Below are positions 1-9,955 of a stretch of 32,000 nucleotides of DNA, piece after piece. Position 1 is the stretch's first letter. Each line of letters opens with the position of its first letter. The translations under genes and the position numbers were made by a program. A model generated the notes under the pieces. That model searched no databases and was not told the DNA's origin. It was given only the letters and a program-made list of their open reading frames with translations. The DNA is from Candidatus Saccharimonadota bacterium (GTDB lineage Bacteria; Patescibacteriota; Patescibacteriia; 2-12-FULL-60-25), in contig JALHOH010000002.1 of the NCBI GenBank assembly GCA_022843095.1, forward strand, positions 360,001 through 392,000, in the 5' to 3' direction.

Positions 1-207
1 ACGCGTCGCAGCAATCGCCGGAACCGGAATTCCGCGTACTTCTACGCCAAGCGGAGCCAGAACCTCTGCAAAATACCCCACTTTGATCTCGGGTACCGCC
101 ACGACCACGCGAAGGTCCGGTTCCTGTACAAGCGTCTTCAAAACGTCCGATCCCAGGATATTTTTTCCGATGTACCCATGAAACGCTCCCAGCAAAAGTG
201 TACGCAT
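1..207 (-). CDS. hypothetical protein, N-terminal fragment (gene runs off the left edge)
   Basis: Not in the ORF track. The reverse complement of 205-207 is ATG, 5 nt after the TAA (213-215) of the preceding gene. Hand translation reads MRTLLLGAFHGYIGKNILGSDVLKTLVQEPDLRVVVAVPEIKVGYFAEVLAPLGVEVRGIPVPAIAATR, with no stop before position 1. The beta-alpha pattern suggests a Rossmann/GT-B-like N-terminus; function is not assignable. Confidence 0.45.
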   Translation of the reverse strand, partial: MRTLLLGAFHGYIGKNILGSDVLKTLVQEPDLRVVVAVPEIKVGYFAEVLAPLGVEVRGIPVPAIAATR

Positions 208-212
208 AGACA

Positions 213-914
213 TTACGCGAAAGTCACCTCGTAACACACCTGATGGCCAAACAGATTAGGAAAGCGACGCATCCACCATCCGCCAAATCCATTGGATGCC
301 TCGACACGACGCACCGTCCCGCCCTGCGCGCGGAGCCAATCTAAAAAGTCCAGATGCGACCAAAAACGCAGGTGCTCTGACGGATGCGACACCCATTGCG
401 TAAAAAATCGTCCGCCAAAAAGAAGTCCGAACCGGTACCGATAATACGCGCTATTCGGCACAGAAAGCAGGAACGTTGTGCCAAATGGCTTGAGCGCATG
501 CAGCGCATTTTCCGGATAACGCAGATGCTCGAGCACCTCGGATAACACGATCACGTCATACCGTTGATCCAGTGCGATCGCTTCCGGACGCTCCAAATCC
601 ACCACGCGCGTCTCGATTGACTGGTTCGCGAATCCTTCCAACACCATGGGGCTCACATCCGCCACGGTCACGGGATTTCCACGATCGCGCAGCACAACCG
701 GCAATCGCGAGGTTCCGCACCCAATATCCAACACCCGCGCCGTTGCCGGAATCCAGGACGCGAACACCGCCTCCCGAGGCTTGAGCTTGGGATTGATCGC
801 AAACCCGCGTCCGCGCCAGTACGCGTCGTAATCCTGCACACCGGGACCCGGAAACACGGGAACGCGCGTCCCCGTAAACGCAAAGCGACGCCGGAGCGAG
901 GCGAAGATCCCCAT
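213..914 (-). CDS. class I SAM-dependent methyltransferase, MetW-like
   Basis: SAM motif I is VLDIGCGTSRL, followed by an acidic-loop region (VTVADVSP). The C-terminal part (SVPNSAYYRYRFGLLFGGRFF...HLRFWSHLDFLDWL) resembles the MetW methyltransferase family. The track start at 938 is GTG and overlaps the upstream stop. ATG at 914 (MGIFASL) lies 2 nt after the upstream TAG (917-919), so I prefer it; 938 remains possible. Confidence 0.8.
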   Translation of the reverse strand: MGIFASLRRRFAFTGTRVPVFPGPGVQDYDAYWRGRGFAINPKLKPREAVFASWIPATARVLDIGCGTSRLPVVLRDRGNPVTVADVSPMVLEGFANQSIETRVVDLERPEAIALDQRYDVIVLSEVLEHLRYPENALHALKPFGTTFLLSVPNSAYYRYRFGLLFGGRFFTQWVSHPSEHLRFWSHLDFLDWLRAQGGTVRRVEASNGFGGWWMRRFPNLFGHQVCYEVTFA

Positions 915-916
915 AC

Positions 917-1921
917 CTAGAACAGCCGATCCTTCCACGTGCGCGGAATCGCGTCCGTCACGATTTCAAGCGGAAGGTGGTAGGTGAACGGTTTTACGCC
1001 ACGGGTTTTGATGTACTCGATCATTTCCTGGAGACCTTGTTCCAAGGTGTACTGTGTTTTATATCCAAGCAACGTCCGTGCTTTTTGTGCGCTGCACGTC
1101 GCTTTCTTCACCTCGCGTGGACGATCCGGCATGTAGATCGGCTTACACTCGACGTTCAAGAGCCGTCCAATCGTTTGCGCAAGTTGGTTAATGGTGACGC
1201 TTTCTTCGTCCGGACCGACGTTGATCACCTGACCCACGACATCCGCGCGATGCATCAATTTTTCGAGCGGGTCAATGACGTCCTGAACAAAGCTAAAACA
1301 GCGCACCTGTTCCCCGTCTCCGTAAATCACCGGCTGACGTCCCTGCAGCATCAGGTTAATCATGATGGAGGCGACGTTTCGATACGGGTCATCGTATTTT
1401 TGCCGCGGTCCGATGATGTTGTGCGGCACGGCGATCACATACTCCATCCCATGCGTTTCGCACAGTTCGCGGATCGCAAGCTCTGCCGCATATTTGGCGA
1501 TCCCATACGGATCTTGCGGGCGCGGGGTCATGTCCTCCGTAAACGGGAGCGTATCCTGAGTCCCATACCGCGCCATGCTGGAACAAAACACAAACCGTTT
1601 GACCTTGTTGGCCACAGACGCAGAAAGCAAAGAAATCGTGTTGCCAAAGGTGTTTTGCGTCACGATATGCGGAGAAAACACCGATAAGCCTTCGTAGGCG
1701 GTGCAGGCACAGTGGTAAACCACGTCTACGCCCTCGGTCAGGCGCTGCATGGCCGCATGATCCAAACAATCCACCTGATGAAACTCCGCCCCTTTGGGGA
1801 CGTTATCCAAATAGCCGCCAACAAGCGTATCCACCCCGATGACCGTATGCCCTTCGGCAAGCAGCCGATCGGCCAAATGACTCCCCAAAAACCCGGCGAT
1901 TCCCGAAATAAAAATACGCAT
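917..1921 (-). CDS. NAD-dependent epimerase/dehydratase (extended SDR, GalE-like)
   Basis: ATG start. It has the N-terminal Rossmann motif GIAGFLGSHL and the catalytic YxxxK (YGIAKYAAE). At 334 aa it has the length typical of nucleotide-sugar 4-epimerases/dehydratases. Confidence 0.9.
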   Translation of the reverse strand: MRIFISGIAGFLGSHLADRLLAEGHTVIGVDTLVGGYLDNVPKGAEFHQVDCLDHAAMQRLTEGVDVVYHCACTAYEGLSVFSPHIVTQNTFGNTISLLSASVANKVKRFVFCSSMARYGTQDTLPFTEDMTPRPQDPYGIAKYAAELAIRELCETHGMEYVIAVPHNIIGPRQKYDDPYRNVASIMINLMLQGRQPVIYGDGEQVRCFSFVQDVIDPLEKLMHRADVVGQVINVGPDEESVTINQLAQTIGRLLNVECKPIYMPDRPREVKKATCSAQKARTLLGYKTQYTLEQGLQEMIEYIKTRGVKPFTYHLPLEIVTDAIPRTWKDRLF

Positions 1922-1951
1922 ACAGAATGGGACGATTGTACTCGCCGAAAT

Positions 1952-3049
1952 CTAGGATCGCAACCTCGACTCCATCGTATCTCGCAAGAGCTTCCCCAGC
2001 TGTTCCGTCGAAAAATGCTCCACAAAAACCGCTCGCGCCGCCTCACCAAGCGCCGATCGTCGCGCCGGATCACGCAGGGCACGCACCGCGTTTGCGAGCG
2101 CTTCCGGATCTCCGGGAGGAACGCGGAGCAGGGCGCGATCGTCCGTAAACCATTCTCGAAGGGCGGGAGAATCTGCCGTGATCACCGGTTTTCCCGAAGC
2201 AATCCCTTCGTACACCTTGTTCGGAATGACGAGCCGCGTTTTTACGGTCACTCCAAAAATCCCAAGGACAACGTCCGCCTCGCGCACATACGCCGCCACA
2301 TGTTTTGCATCCGGCGTCGGCTCATACGGCACGCGACCCAGCCAGGTGATGTTGGTACAGGCGTGTTCTTGCGCCAAGGCCTGCATCCGCGCATATTCCT
2401 GACCCGTCCCAATAAACGTAAACGCGACAGAAGGATCATCTTTCAACAGCGCGGCAGCGCGCACGATGGTCTCAACCCCTTGCAACGGAATAAAACTTCC
2501 ATGAAACAATACCTGCAACGGTGGATCGGTGCGCAGTGGCGCGGTGGAGGGAAAAAAGAGCCCGTCCTCCGCTCCGATCGGAATCCGCACGCACCGACGC
2601 GGATCCACCCCAAACACCCGTTCAAAATAGGCGATATGCGCATCCGTATCGAGCAAGATCACGGGTGCAACGTGAACCGTAATCCAATCCAGCACCCAAT
2701 CCTTCCAGGCAAAACGCGAGCGCGCGCCATACCGTCCACGGTCTTCGACATTTGAATTGTAGAGCGATACAAACACGTCCACTAGCACGCGTCGTCCGCA
2801 GCAGAGCCGGGCAAGCCACGCCACAGAATGCGCCGGAAACCCGACCACGACGGCGTCCGGATGTGTCCGACGCATCTGCCACGCCAGACGCACCAGCGTT
2901 TTCCACCGAGCAATCCCTTTTACCTGACGCGGATCCACACGATATTCGTCCACCTGTATCCCAAGGGCGCGCATCCCCTGAAGCAGAATACGATTTCTTG
3001 AATATCCGGGATCATACATCCCAAACCATGCCACGCGACGGATGCTCAT
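1952..3049 (-). CDS. GT-B fold glycosyltransferase (GT1/GT4-like)
   Basis: 365-aa ORF with an ATG start. The C-terminal half has a nucleotide-sugar-binding-type region (VLGIFGVTVKTRLVIPNKVYEGIASGKPVITADSP). Its start overlaps the next gene's stop as ATGA (3046-3049). Confidence 0.75.
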   Translation of the reverse strand: MSIRRVAWFGMYDPGYSRNRILLQGMRALGIQVDEYRVDPRQVKGIARWKTLVRLAWQMRRTHPDAVVVGFPAHSVAWLARLCCGRRVLVDVFVSLYNSNVEDRGRYGARSRFAWKDWVLDWITVHVAPVILLDTDAHIAYFERVFGVDPRRCVRIPIGAEDGLFFPSTAPLRTDPPLQVLFHGSFIPLQGVETIVRAAALLKDDPSVAFTFIGTGQEYARMQALAQEHACTNITWLGRVPYEPTPDAKHVAAYVREADVVLGIFGVTVKTRLVIPNKVYEGIASGKPVITADSPALREWFTDDRALLRVPPGDPEALANAVRALRDPARRSALGEAARAVFVEHFSTEQLGKLLRDTMESRLRS

Positions 3050-5166
3050 AGCGAAGAAAAAATCGACCGAAGTCTCCGGATCTGCTGCGCTAGACCATGC
3101 GTTTCCCGTGCCCAGACAGCAAGCGCGTCCCCGATCTGCTGACGCTCTTCAGGACGCATCCGCACGAGACGCTGGATCGCCTCCTGGATCTCCTGTTCGG
3201 TCGTTCCCTGCAGCCAGCGCAACCCATCCGGCAATCCTTCCGCAAATCCCGGCGTCGTCGCACACACGACACACCCGGACGCGGCCGCCTCGATGATGGT
3301 TTTATCCAACGATCCCGGCGTTGCATTCAAAACAATGTCCGCATTCGCATACAGCGCAGGCGTCTCACGCTCCGCCATCGCATGCGCCTCCCATGTCATT
3401 CCCGGAATCAACGCCTCATGCACCGCGGCAGTCGTCCCGGCATCCGACGACGCGCCAACGATCCGGACGGTCACCTCTCCACGCTCTACAAACGGACGCA
3501 GCAACGCGACCATCCAAGGGACGCGTTTTACGGGAGACACGCGCCCAAAAATCAACACAGACACTGGCTTCTTTCCCTGCGGACGCGTTCCAGAAAATCG
3601 CGTCGCATCAATATGGTGGCCAATGACGATCGCGCGGCGCAACGGATTCGAGGCGCGCACCGCCGTCACATGCGCATGAGGCCAAATCGATCCAAGCCAA
3701 AACCAGGGCGAAGGTGCCGCATAATGGGTGTACCAAAACACCAACCGCTTTTGAAGCAAACGCCACAACCACCCCGCAAACACCAGGTACTGCGCATCCC
3801 CTCGCACAAACACCCCGTCATAGATTGCACGATGAGTCCAGGACATCTGAAGCAGGGTTTTGATCACCGCGATACGCGAGCGCGACCCTTTCGGCCGTAG
3901 CGGAATCACCTGGACGGATGCCGGGAGATGGTGCGCGCCAACTCGAAGGGCGAGCACCGTGAGCCCAATCCCCTGTTTCGCCGCTTCCGCAAGCCAATGC
4001 ACAAAAAATCCAAAAAGCGGGTCTGCTTCATCGACTGCCTGACACACCACAAGCAGACGCGTTGGACGAGGTTCTGCCGCGCGCGCAAAGGCCTCCCTGA
4101 CCCCCGCGACACCGGGATGACGCGCCACAAATGCACGCGCCGCATCGCGCGCACGCGCACCGATTTGCAGACGTTCTTCCGCTGGAAGCTGTAGCATCTG
4201 GACCAGCGCATTCGCGAGCGCAGACACGTTTCCCGGAGGCACCACCCGCCCATGGACCCGATCCAAAATAACCTCCCCGGCGCAACCAACGTCCGTCATG
4301 ACAACAGGAACGCCCGCCGCCGCCGCTTCGAGAACCGCCATCCCCCACCCTTCAAACCGAGACGGCTGAACGTAGCAAGACGCCCGTTCAAGCGCTTGGG
4401 CAAGTTGCTCCACCGACGTACTCCGCCCTCGCCACACGATCGCATCGGCCACCTGCGACTCCCCGGCAAGTCGTTCTAACCCTGGACGCGCCGATCCATC
4501 ACCAATGATCTCCAGCGTTGCATCTGCCACCTGTTTTTTTACCTGTGCGAACGCACGAAGCAACCCATCCACGCCTTTTTCCGGCTCAAGACGGGCCACG
4601 CACACCATGCGCCCGGACACGGGGCGTGGAACCGCGGAAAAAAAGGGGGTGAGATCTTCGAGAATCGGCACCGTGTCGATTCGATCAGAACCGATGCGAA
4701 GCGCTGCAAGTCCACGCGCCCCCCGCGCACTCACCGTCCGGATGCGCTGCGCCTGACGCGCAAGCCAACGCGAAACCGGACGCAACACGCGCTCAACCCG
4801 TCCAAACGGCGCACGGGCAAACAAACCGCTATGATCCTGCAAGTGAAATGTCGTTTTTCCACGACGCGCGGCCCAATACCCCAGCATGCCACACCACAAC
4901 GGGTCCTGTGCCGACACTGCGTCCCAATAGCCATCACGGAGAAGCTGCGCTAATTCTCGTCTCGCGCGAAAAAACGCTGCGACGCGAGTCGCGCCCCCCG
5001 GTCGCACCACACGCAACCGCTCGCCAAGCATCACCTCTGCGCGTTCGCCCGTGCCAAGCAATACGATCGTCACATCCCAGCCGGCAAAATACGCCCGCTG
5101 CCGTTCGGCGGCGCGCGCATGCGGATCAAGCAACGATCCATCCAACCCAATCACGAGTAAGCGCAT
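3046..5166 (-). CDS. tandem (two-domain) glycosyltransferase fusion, 706 aa
   Basis: The N-terminal half is GT4-like, with YVQPSRFEGWGMAVLEAAAAGVPVVMTDVGCAGE. The C-terminal half is a second GT-B-like unit (LLVVCQAVDEADPLFGFFVHW ... LNATPGSLDKTIIEAAASGCVV). The track start at 5250 is TTG and lies inside the upstream gene. ATG at 5166 (MRLLVIGLDG) sits 1 nt after the upstream TGA (5168-5170). Confidence 0.8.
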   Translation of the reverse strand: MRLLVIGLDGSLLDPHARAAERQRAYFAGWDVTIVLLGTGERAEVMLGERLRVVRPGGATRVAAFFRARRELAQLLRDGYWDAVSAQDPLWCGMLGYWAARRGKTTFHLQDHSGLFARAPFGRVERVLRPVSRWLARQAQRIRTVSARGARGLAALRIGSDRIDTVPILEDLTPFFSAVPRPVSGRMVCVARLEPEKGVDGLLRAFAQVKKQVADATLEIIGDGSARPGLERLAGESQVADAIVWRGRSTSVEQLAQALERASCYVQPSRFEGWGMAVLEAAAAGVPVVMTDVGCAGEVILDRVHGRVVPPGNVSALANALVQMLQLPAEERLQIGARARDAARAFVARHPGVAGVREAFARAAEPRPTRLLVVCQAVDEADPLFGFFVHWLAEAAKQGIGLTVLALRVGAHHLPASVQVIPLRPKGSRSRIAVIKTLLQMSWTHRAIYDGVFVRGDAQYLVFAGWLWRLLQKRLVFWYTHYAAPSPWFWLGSIWPHAHVTAVRASNPLRRAIVIGHHIDATRFSGTRPQGKKPVSVLIFGRVSPVKRVPWMVALLRPFVERGEVTVRIVGASSDAGTTAAVHEALIPGMTWEAHAMAERETPALYANADIVLNATPGSLDKTIIEAAASGCVVCATTPGFAEGLPDGLRWLQGTTEQEIQEAIQRLVRMRPEERQQIGDALAVWARETHGLAQQIRRLRSIFSSL

Positions 5167-5167
5167 A

Positions 5168-6280
5168 TCACGGAAGCAGTTGCAGCGATGCAAGAACGGC
5201 CTGCGCAAACGTCTGTGCCGCGTCCGAAGGGGGGCGTACCTGTGCCGCAAAGGCCTTCATCGCATCATCATGCGTCGCGAGCCGTGCCAGCGCGACCGTC
5301 CACGCTTCGGCGTCCGTCGGAGGTAGTTCCAACATCCCGAGCACCCCCTCCGGCAACCCATGCTCCGCCGTCATGACCACCGGAATCCCAAGCGCATGCG
5401 CCTCCGCCACCACATTCGGACACACATCCGTCAGTGACGGAAGCAGCAACACATCCGCATCCGCAAGTCGTTCAAGCACCCGCGCACGCGCTGACGCACC
5501 CACAAAAGCGACCTGATCCACCCCCTGAAGCAGGCGTTCCGTTTCGGCGCGCGTCTCCCCTTCTCCCACAAACGTCATCTGAAACGGCACGCCACGCGCC
5601 GCGAGCGCACGCAAAACGGTTGCAAGAAACGGAACGTTCTTTACGCGGGCAAACCGACCTACATACAAAAAACGACGCGGATGGTGCGGACGCGCGACTT
5701 CCGCCACACGCGTAGCAAGCGCTGAAGGAATCATCGGAGCCGGATTTGGCACGATCGTCCACGGCGTACGTGGAGCGCACTTTCCCAGTACCGCATGCAA
5801 CAACCGAGAGGTCGCAAACACGCGTTCCGCACGCCCAAGGATCCATCGATACAATTGCTCTTCAAACAGCCGCCGCATCCCCCCAGGGCGCTGCCAATAC
5901 GCACGCAGGGTTCCTGCAAAACGCCCGCGCTCCACCGCAGTCTCCCACGCCCATTCGCCCCCTAATCGTACAAAAAATCGGTTTCGCCGCCCCATCACCG
6001 CAGCGCGCGCCGGAATCCCCACAGAAAACACGTCTGTCGTAAGCACGATCGTATCCGCCGTGCTGAGCCGTCGGATGGTGCGCAACATGCGCAGATAGCG
6101 CGCGACCACCGTCCCGCTTCGAGAAACCCGCACCACGCCAGCATCAGCAGAAGGGTCACCGTAGGTCACGACCAAAATCTCGTGTCCGCTTGCGCGTAAC
6201 TCCTTGGCCGCCTCCGCCATCGCCGAAGCAACCCCACCGATCTCCGGAGGAAAAATGCCTGTGACGAGGAGGATACGCAT
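5168..6280 (-). CDS. glycosyltransferase family 4
   Basis: The N-terminus MRILLVTGIFPPEIGGVASAM is typical of GT4. The E-x7-E-type region is LLLPSLTDVCPNVVAEAHALGIPVVMT. ATG start with a GGGAG motif about 11 nt upstream. Confidence 0.85.
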   Translation of the reverse strand: MRILLVTGIFPPEIGGVASAMAEAAKELRASGHEILVVTYGDPSADAGVVRVSRSGTVVARYLRMLRTIRRLSTADTIVLTTDVFSVGIPARAAVMGRRNRFFVRLGGEWAWETAVERGRFAGTLRAYWQRPGGMRRLFEEQLYRWILGRAERVFATSRLLHAVLGKCAPRTPWTIVPNPAPMIPSALATRVAEVARPHHPRRFLYVGRFARVKNVPFLATVLRALAARGVPFQMTFVGEGETRAETERLLQGVDQVAFVGASARARVLERLADADVLLLPSLTDVCPNVVAEAHALGIPVVMTAEHGLPEGVLGMLELPPTDAEAWTVALARLATHDDAMKAFAAQVRPPSDAAQTFAQAVLASLQLLP

Positions 6281-6301
6281 GCAAACGCACTCCCTGGTGA
6301 C

Positions 6302-7777
6302 TCACCCCTGTTTGGCGGGAACGTGTCCTTTTTCGAAGTATTCTTTCTCAGAACCGACGGCTTCGATATCACGACGCTTCCCATCCGCGATGCTTTTTGC
6401 CGCCAAAATCCCCATCTCCAGCGAATGATCCTGGTTGGTGTACTTAAACCGCCCAGGCCGTCCGATGTAATACAGGTTGGTGAATTGATCCAGGTACTTC
6501 TTTACGGTGGCGAGATTTTCCTCGTACGTCAAATCGTAGATCGGATAGTCTTTCCCCCCTGGTAGGCGATAGATGTGACGCACATCCGCCCGCGTAAAAA
6601 ACCCCATTTTTTCGATATGCGGCATCGCCTGCTCGAACAGCTCTTCCGCCGTCATCTTGGCGATCGGATCCTCCGGGTGGCAAAAGAACTCCATGAACCA
6701 GGAGGTCTTTCCTTCTGGACACAGCTTCTTGCTGAAGTTTTTCATTTCACTCGCCCGCGCGAACGGCACTTTGTCGTCCGGGAAATAAATCCATTGGTCA
6801 TCCGAAATCTTGTCTTTATTCAAGGTGACAAACAGGTGAACCTGCGAGCGGTATCGCAACTTCTTTGCCGCATCCAACACGGCCTGGGGCGGAAGCGGAT
6901 CCAGGAGCGTCAAAAAGTCCGTGATATGAATGGACTCCACCAAGTGATCAAACGTGATCTCACGAGCCCCCTCCGGCGTTTGCAGTGTCGCTGAATGCAC
7001 GCGCGTCCCGTCGTGGCGAATCTTCGAAGGCGCGACACCCGTCACAACAGGATGCCCCTGGGCCATCAACTTCTGCTGAATCGTCTCATAGATCATCCCG
7101 GTTCCATCTTCGGGATAATAAAACGAATCAACCAAGCTCTTTGCCGTGGCAGCCGAGTTTGGCGCGACCAGTTTGAGCACCATGTTTTTTGCAAGCGACC
7201 AGACGTTTAATCCGCTGATGCGCTGCTTTGCCCAATCCGGGTGCAATTGCTTGGTATCCACCCCCCAAATCTTCTCCGTGTAGTTCAAGATGTTGAATGA
7301 CGCCAGCGGATAGCCAAAACTTGCCACCGCATAATCGTAAAAGTTCCGTAGCGGCTTTTTCAAAAAGCCATACCGAAACCGCGCCCACGCATATCCAACC
7401 AAAATGCGGATCACGTTCCAGATCCCCACATTTTTTACCACCTGACCAAACTTTACCGGATAATCAAAGAACGTCCCGTTGATGTACTGCCGTGTCAGAC
7501 GATTCACGACAAGCCAGCGTTCATCAATCACATTCCCGATGAAGTCGTACAGGTATTTGTTTTTCGAAAAAAAGCGGTGCGGACCGTTATCTGTCTTAAA
7601 CACGAGCCCGTCCGGTTCGGTGATGGTGTACGTCTTCGCCAGACCACCAACCTGTGGTGCTTTTTCGACAACGGCAAACGATTTGCCAGCCCAACCAAGC
7701 TCCATCGCGGTCGCCATCCCCGCAGGTCCGGCGCCGATAATCAAGGTGTCTACGCGTTCAGGAAGTGAGGGAGTCAT
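6302..7777 (-). CDS. FAD-dependent flavoprotein, UDP-galactopyranose mutase-like
   Basis: The dinucleotide fold is LIIGAGPAGMATAMEL...VVEKAPQVGG. Motifs YTEKIWG and C-terminal GRPGRFKYTNQDHS parallel the YTEKQWG and GRLAEYKYYDM regions I recall from E. coli Glf. The protein is about 100 aa longer than classical Glf. The track start at 7819 is TTG; ATG at 7777 (MTPSLPER) is preferred. Confidence 0.75.
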   Translation of the reverse strand: MTPSLPERVDTLIIGAGPAGMATAMELGWAGKSFAVVEKAPQVGGLAKTYTITEPDGLVFKTDNGPHRFFSKNKYLYDFIGNVIDERWLVVNRLTRQYINGTFFDYPVKFGQVVKNVGIWNVIRILVGYAWARFRYGFLKKPLRNFYDYAVASFGYPLASFNILNYTEKIWGVDTKQLHPDWAKQRISGLNVWSLAKNMVLKLVAPNSAATAKSLVDSFYYPEDGTGMIYETIQQKLMAQGHPVVTGVAPSKIRHDGTRVHSATLQTPEGAREITFDHLVESIHITDFLTLLDPLPPQAVLDAAKKLRYRSQVHLFVTLNKDKISDDQWIYFPDDKVPFARASEMKNFSKKLCPEGKTSWFMEFFCHPEDPIAKMTAEELFEQAMPHIEKMGFFTRADVRHIYRLPGGKDYPIYDLTYEENLATVKKYLDQFTNLYYIGRPGRFKYTNQDHSLEMGILAAKSIADGKRRDIEAVGSEKEYFEKGHVPAKQG

Positions 7778-8681
7778 ACTGTGAATACCACGCCGCAGCC
7801 CGTGCAAGGCCTTCGGCAAAGGAGGTCTTCGGCGCGAATCCTAGCACGTCCCGCGCCCGTTGAATATCCGCTACAAAGCGAAGGACCTCGCCCGGCCGAT
7901 TTGGCTCTTCCGCCACCTCGACCGTGCGCCCGATCGCGCGTTGGATCTCGTGCGCAATGGCGCGGAGCGTCGTCCCCTCCCCTGCCCCCAGGTTAAATCG
8001 CCCGCCACGCGCATCCGAAAATCGATCCAAAAGCCGCACCACCCCGTCCACGGCATCATCCAAGAAGATCAGATCCATGACCTTGTCGGGCGCAAACAAC
8101 TGAAGCGGCGAACCACGGCGTACCAGCCGCAAAAATCGCGGGATCACGCGATCGGAGAGGTCGTAGCGTCCGTACACATTCGAAAAACGGACGAGCGCGG
8201 CCTCTAGCCCATAATTATTCGCATACGCCCAAACAAACGCCTCCCCCGCCCCTTTGCTCGCACTGTACGCATTTTCGGCTTTATGCGCATGTACCGGTTC
8301 TTCACGCACCGGAATCTCCTCGGACGTTCCATACACCTCGCGCGAAGACGCAAACACAAAACGGGGAATCCCCTTTTCTCGACACACCTCCAGCGCATGC
8401 GCCGTGGTCACCACATTTTCGACGGCAAGCAACGGTTGATGCACCAGGTCATACACCCGCGCCCACGCCGCCAAATGGACGCACGCATCCAATCCCGATG
8501 GGATCAATCGCCGACAAAGATCCAGATTCCGCAAATCCGCGAGAATCGTGCGGTCGCGCATCGCATCGGCCCAGCGCGGCGGCACGCGATCCACCCCCAC
8601 CACCTCATGCCCTTCGGCAAGCAACCGCTCGGACAGCGCCGTCCCGATCATTCCACTCGATCCCGTGACAAGAATCCGCAT
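7758..8681 (-). CDS. NAD-dependent epimerase/dehydratase (SDR)
   Basis: ATG at 8681 gives MRILVTGSSGMIGTAL (Rossmann motif). The catalytic YxxxK is YSASKGAGE. The track start at 8732 is GTG inside the upstream gene, whereas 8681 lies 8 nt after the upstream TAA (8690-8692). Confidence 0.85.
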   Translation of the reverse strand: MRILVTGSSGMIGTALSERLLAEGHEVVGVDRVPPRWADAMRDRTILADLRNLDLCRRLIPSGLDACVHLAAWARVYDLVHQPLLAVENVVTTAHALEVCREKGIPRFVFASSREVYGTSEEIPVREEPVHAHKAENAYSASKGAGEAFVWAYANNYGLEAALVRFSNVYGRYDLSDRVIPRFLRLVRRGSPLQLFAPDKVMDLIFLDDAVDGVVRLLDRFSDARGGRFNLGAGEGTTLRAIAHEIQRAIGRTVEVAEEPNRPGEVLRFVADIQRARDVLGFAPKTSFAEGLARAAAWYSQYDSLTS

Positions 8682-8689
8682 ACCGTATT

Positions 8690-9955
8690 TTACCGAGGAT
8701 GACACACCTGCAGTCGATCCATCAACGTACACGACAATGATGCATGCACGTCACGATCCCGCGCATCCAACGATGCTTCATCCCACACGATCACAAGATC
8801 TATCGCCTCTTGCGCCTTCGGATCCGTCGGCCATCGTCGCGGCAACGTCAAGAGATGAAACGGAACATCATACGGAAACGTCCCCAACACGGCCACCGTT
8901 TTTCCCTGGACCCGGGCTTGAAGCGCTGCGCCGTGACGCACAAAGAAATCCCGATCCGGTGGCACCAAATGCGTCAGATGCCATCCAAGCGTGACACACG
9001 CAGCAACCGCGAGGACCGGACGAAGCACAAGCGGCCATGCGCGCAACAGCCAAATCAGTGGGAACAGGACGAACCACATCCCATAGGGGCCGTAATAGAT
9101 TGCGGGATTTTTTCCCAGATACAACAAAAGCGGAACGGTCGAAATGCCCCAGAAGAGCCATTCCGCACGTGGAGCGCGCCGATAGCCAACGATGCCTCCG
9201 AAGAGAAGCAGCGGAAGCCACCACGCCCACGGAAGCAGCATCTGCAGACGATCATGAAACGCAATCCCCCGTCCGCCCACGGAAACAAGATCCGCGATGG
9301 CGAGCGGATTTGTCAGCATCCCAAGAACGACCAGCCCCGCTTGGACGCCGGCAATACCATACAGCGCAGCAAGCCACCCATCCTGGCGGAGCGCATCCCG
9401 ATGCCGCCACGCCATCCATACAACAACCGGAACGACTAACATCCCTTGCAACTGCGTCCACACTCCCAACACGGCGCCGAGCAGAAAAAGCGCATGCCCC
9501 TGCACGCGTGATGGTGCGGCCTCGATCTGCCGAAATCCGGCCGCCATCACCATCCATGTCGCCACAAGTGCGATGGGTAAATATCCATCTCGCGTCCAGG
9601 CGATCGTTGTAGGCACAAACGCAAGCACAAGTGCCAGCGCAAACGCCGTCGACCGCGAAACTCCCCGCGCAAGCGCCTCTCGCACGACCCCAGCCGACGC
9701 CATTCCAAGCAAAACCACGAGCGGAAAACGGACCGCCGCATTCCAGGGCCCCACCCAACGATACATCCAGGCCATGACGCTCGTGACGAGCGTTGGATGC
9801 GGAAACTCAATCCCAAGCGCAAACTTCGCCACATCCCCGCTTACATCCCAGGCGTTCAACCAAACGCTCGCAAGCACCACGACCACACCAAACACGCACA
9901 CGGACACAAGGCTATGGGGCAGGGATCTCATATTCGAGCACCACACGTTCTCCAT
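8690..9955 (-). CDS. polytopic membrane protein, putative GT-C fold glycosyltransferase (ArnT/PMT-like)
   Basis: About 10 or more hydrophobic segments. The first loop region WDVSGDVAKFALGIEFPHPTLVTSVMAW resembles the acidic first-loop plus HPP motif of GT39/GT83-type enzymes. ATG at 9955, with an alternative ATG at 9931 (MRSLPH). Either start overlaps the upstream gene's end (9912). The CDS is confident; the function is tentative. Confidence 0.6.
   Translation of the reverse strand: MENVWCSNMRSLPHSLVSVCVFGVVVVLASVWLNAWDVSGDVAKFALGIEFPHPTLVTSVMAWMYRWVGPWNAAVRFPLVVLLGMASAGVVREALARGVSRSTAFALALVLAFVPTTIAWTRDGYLPIALVATWMVMAAGFRQIEAAPSRVQGHALFLLGAVLGVWTQLQGMLVVPVVVWMAWRHRDALRQDGWLAALYGIAGVQAGLVVLGMLTNPLAIADLVSVGGRGIAFHDRLQMLLPWAWWLPLLLFGGIVGYRRAPRAEWLFWGISTVPLLLYLGKNPAIYYGPYGMWFVLFPLIWLLRAWPLVLRPVLAVAACVTLGWHLTHLVPPDRDFFVRHGAALQARVQGKTVAVLGTFPYDVPFHLLTLPRRWPTDPKAQEAIDLVIVWDEASLDARDRDVHASLSCTLMDRLQVCHPR

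Noticed and set aside
5167-5250. N-terminal extensions proposed by the ORF track (5250, 7819, 8732, 13972, 17690, 25019, 26852, 938)
   Set aside because: I checked the first codons. They are TTG or GTG, not ATG, and they lie inside the upstream gene or, for 25019, inside a TTGACA promoter box. In each case an in-frame ATG gives a family-typical N-terminus (MRLLVIG, MRILVTG, MRIAMIG, MESAKKH and so on) and removes the overlap.
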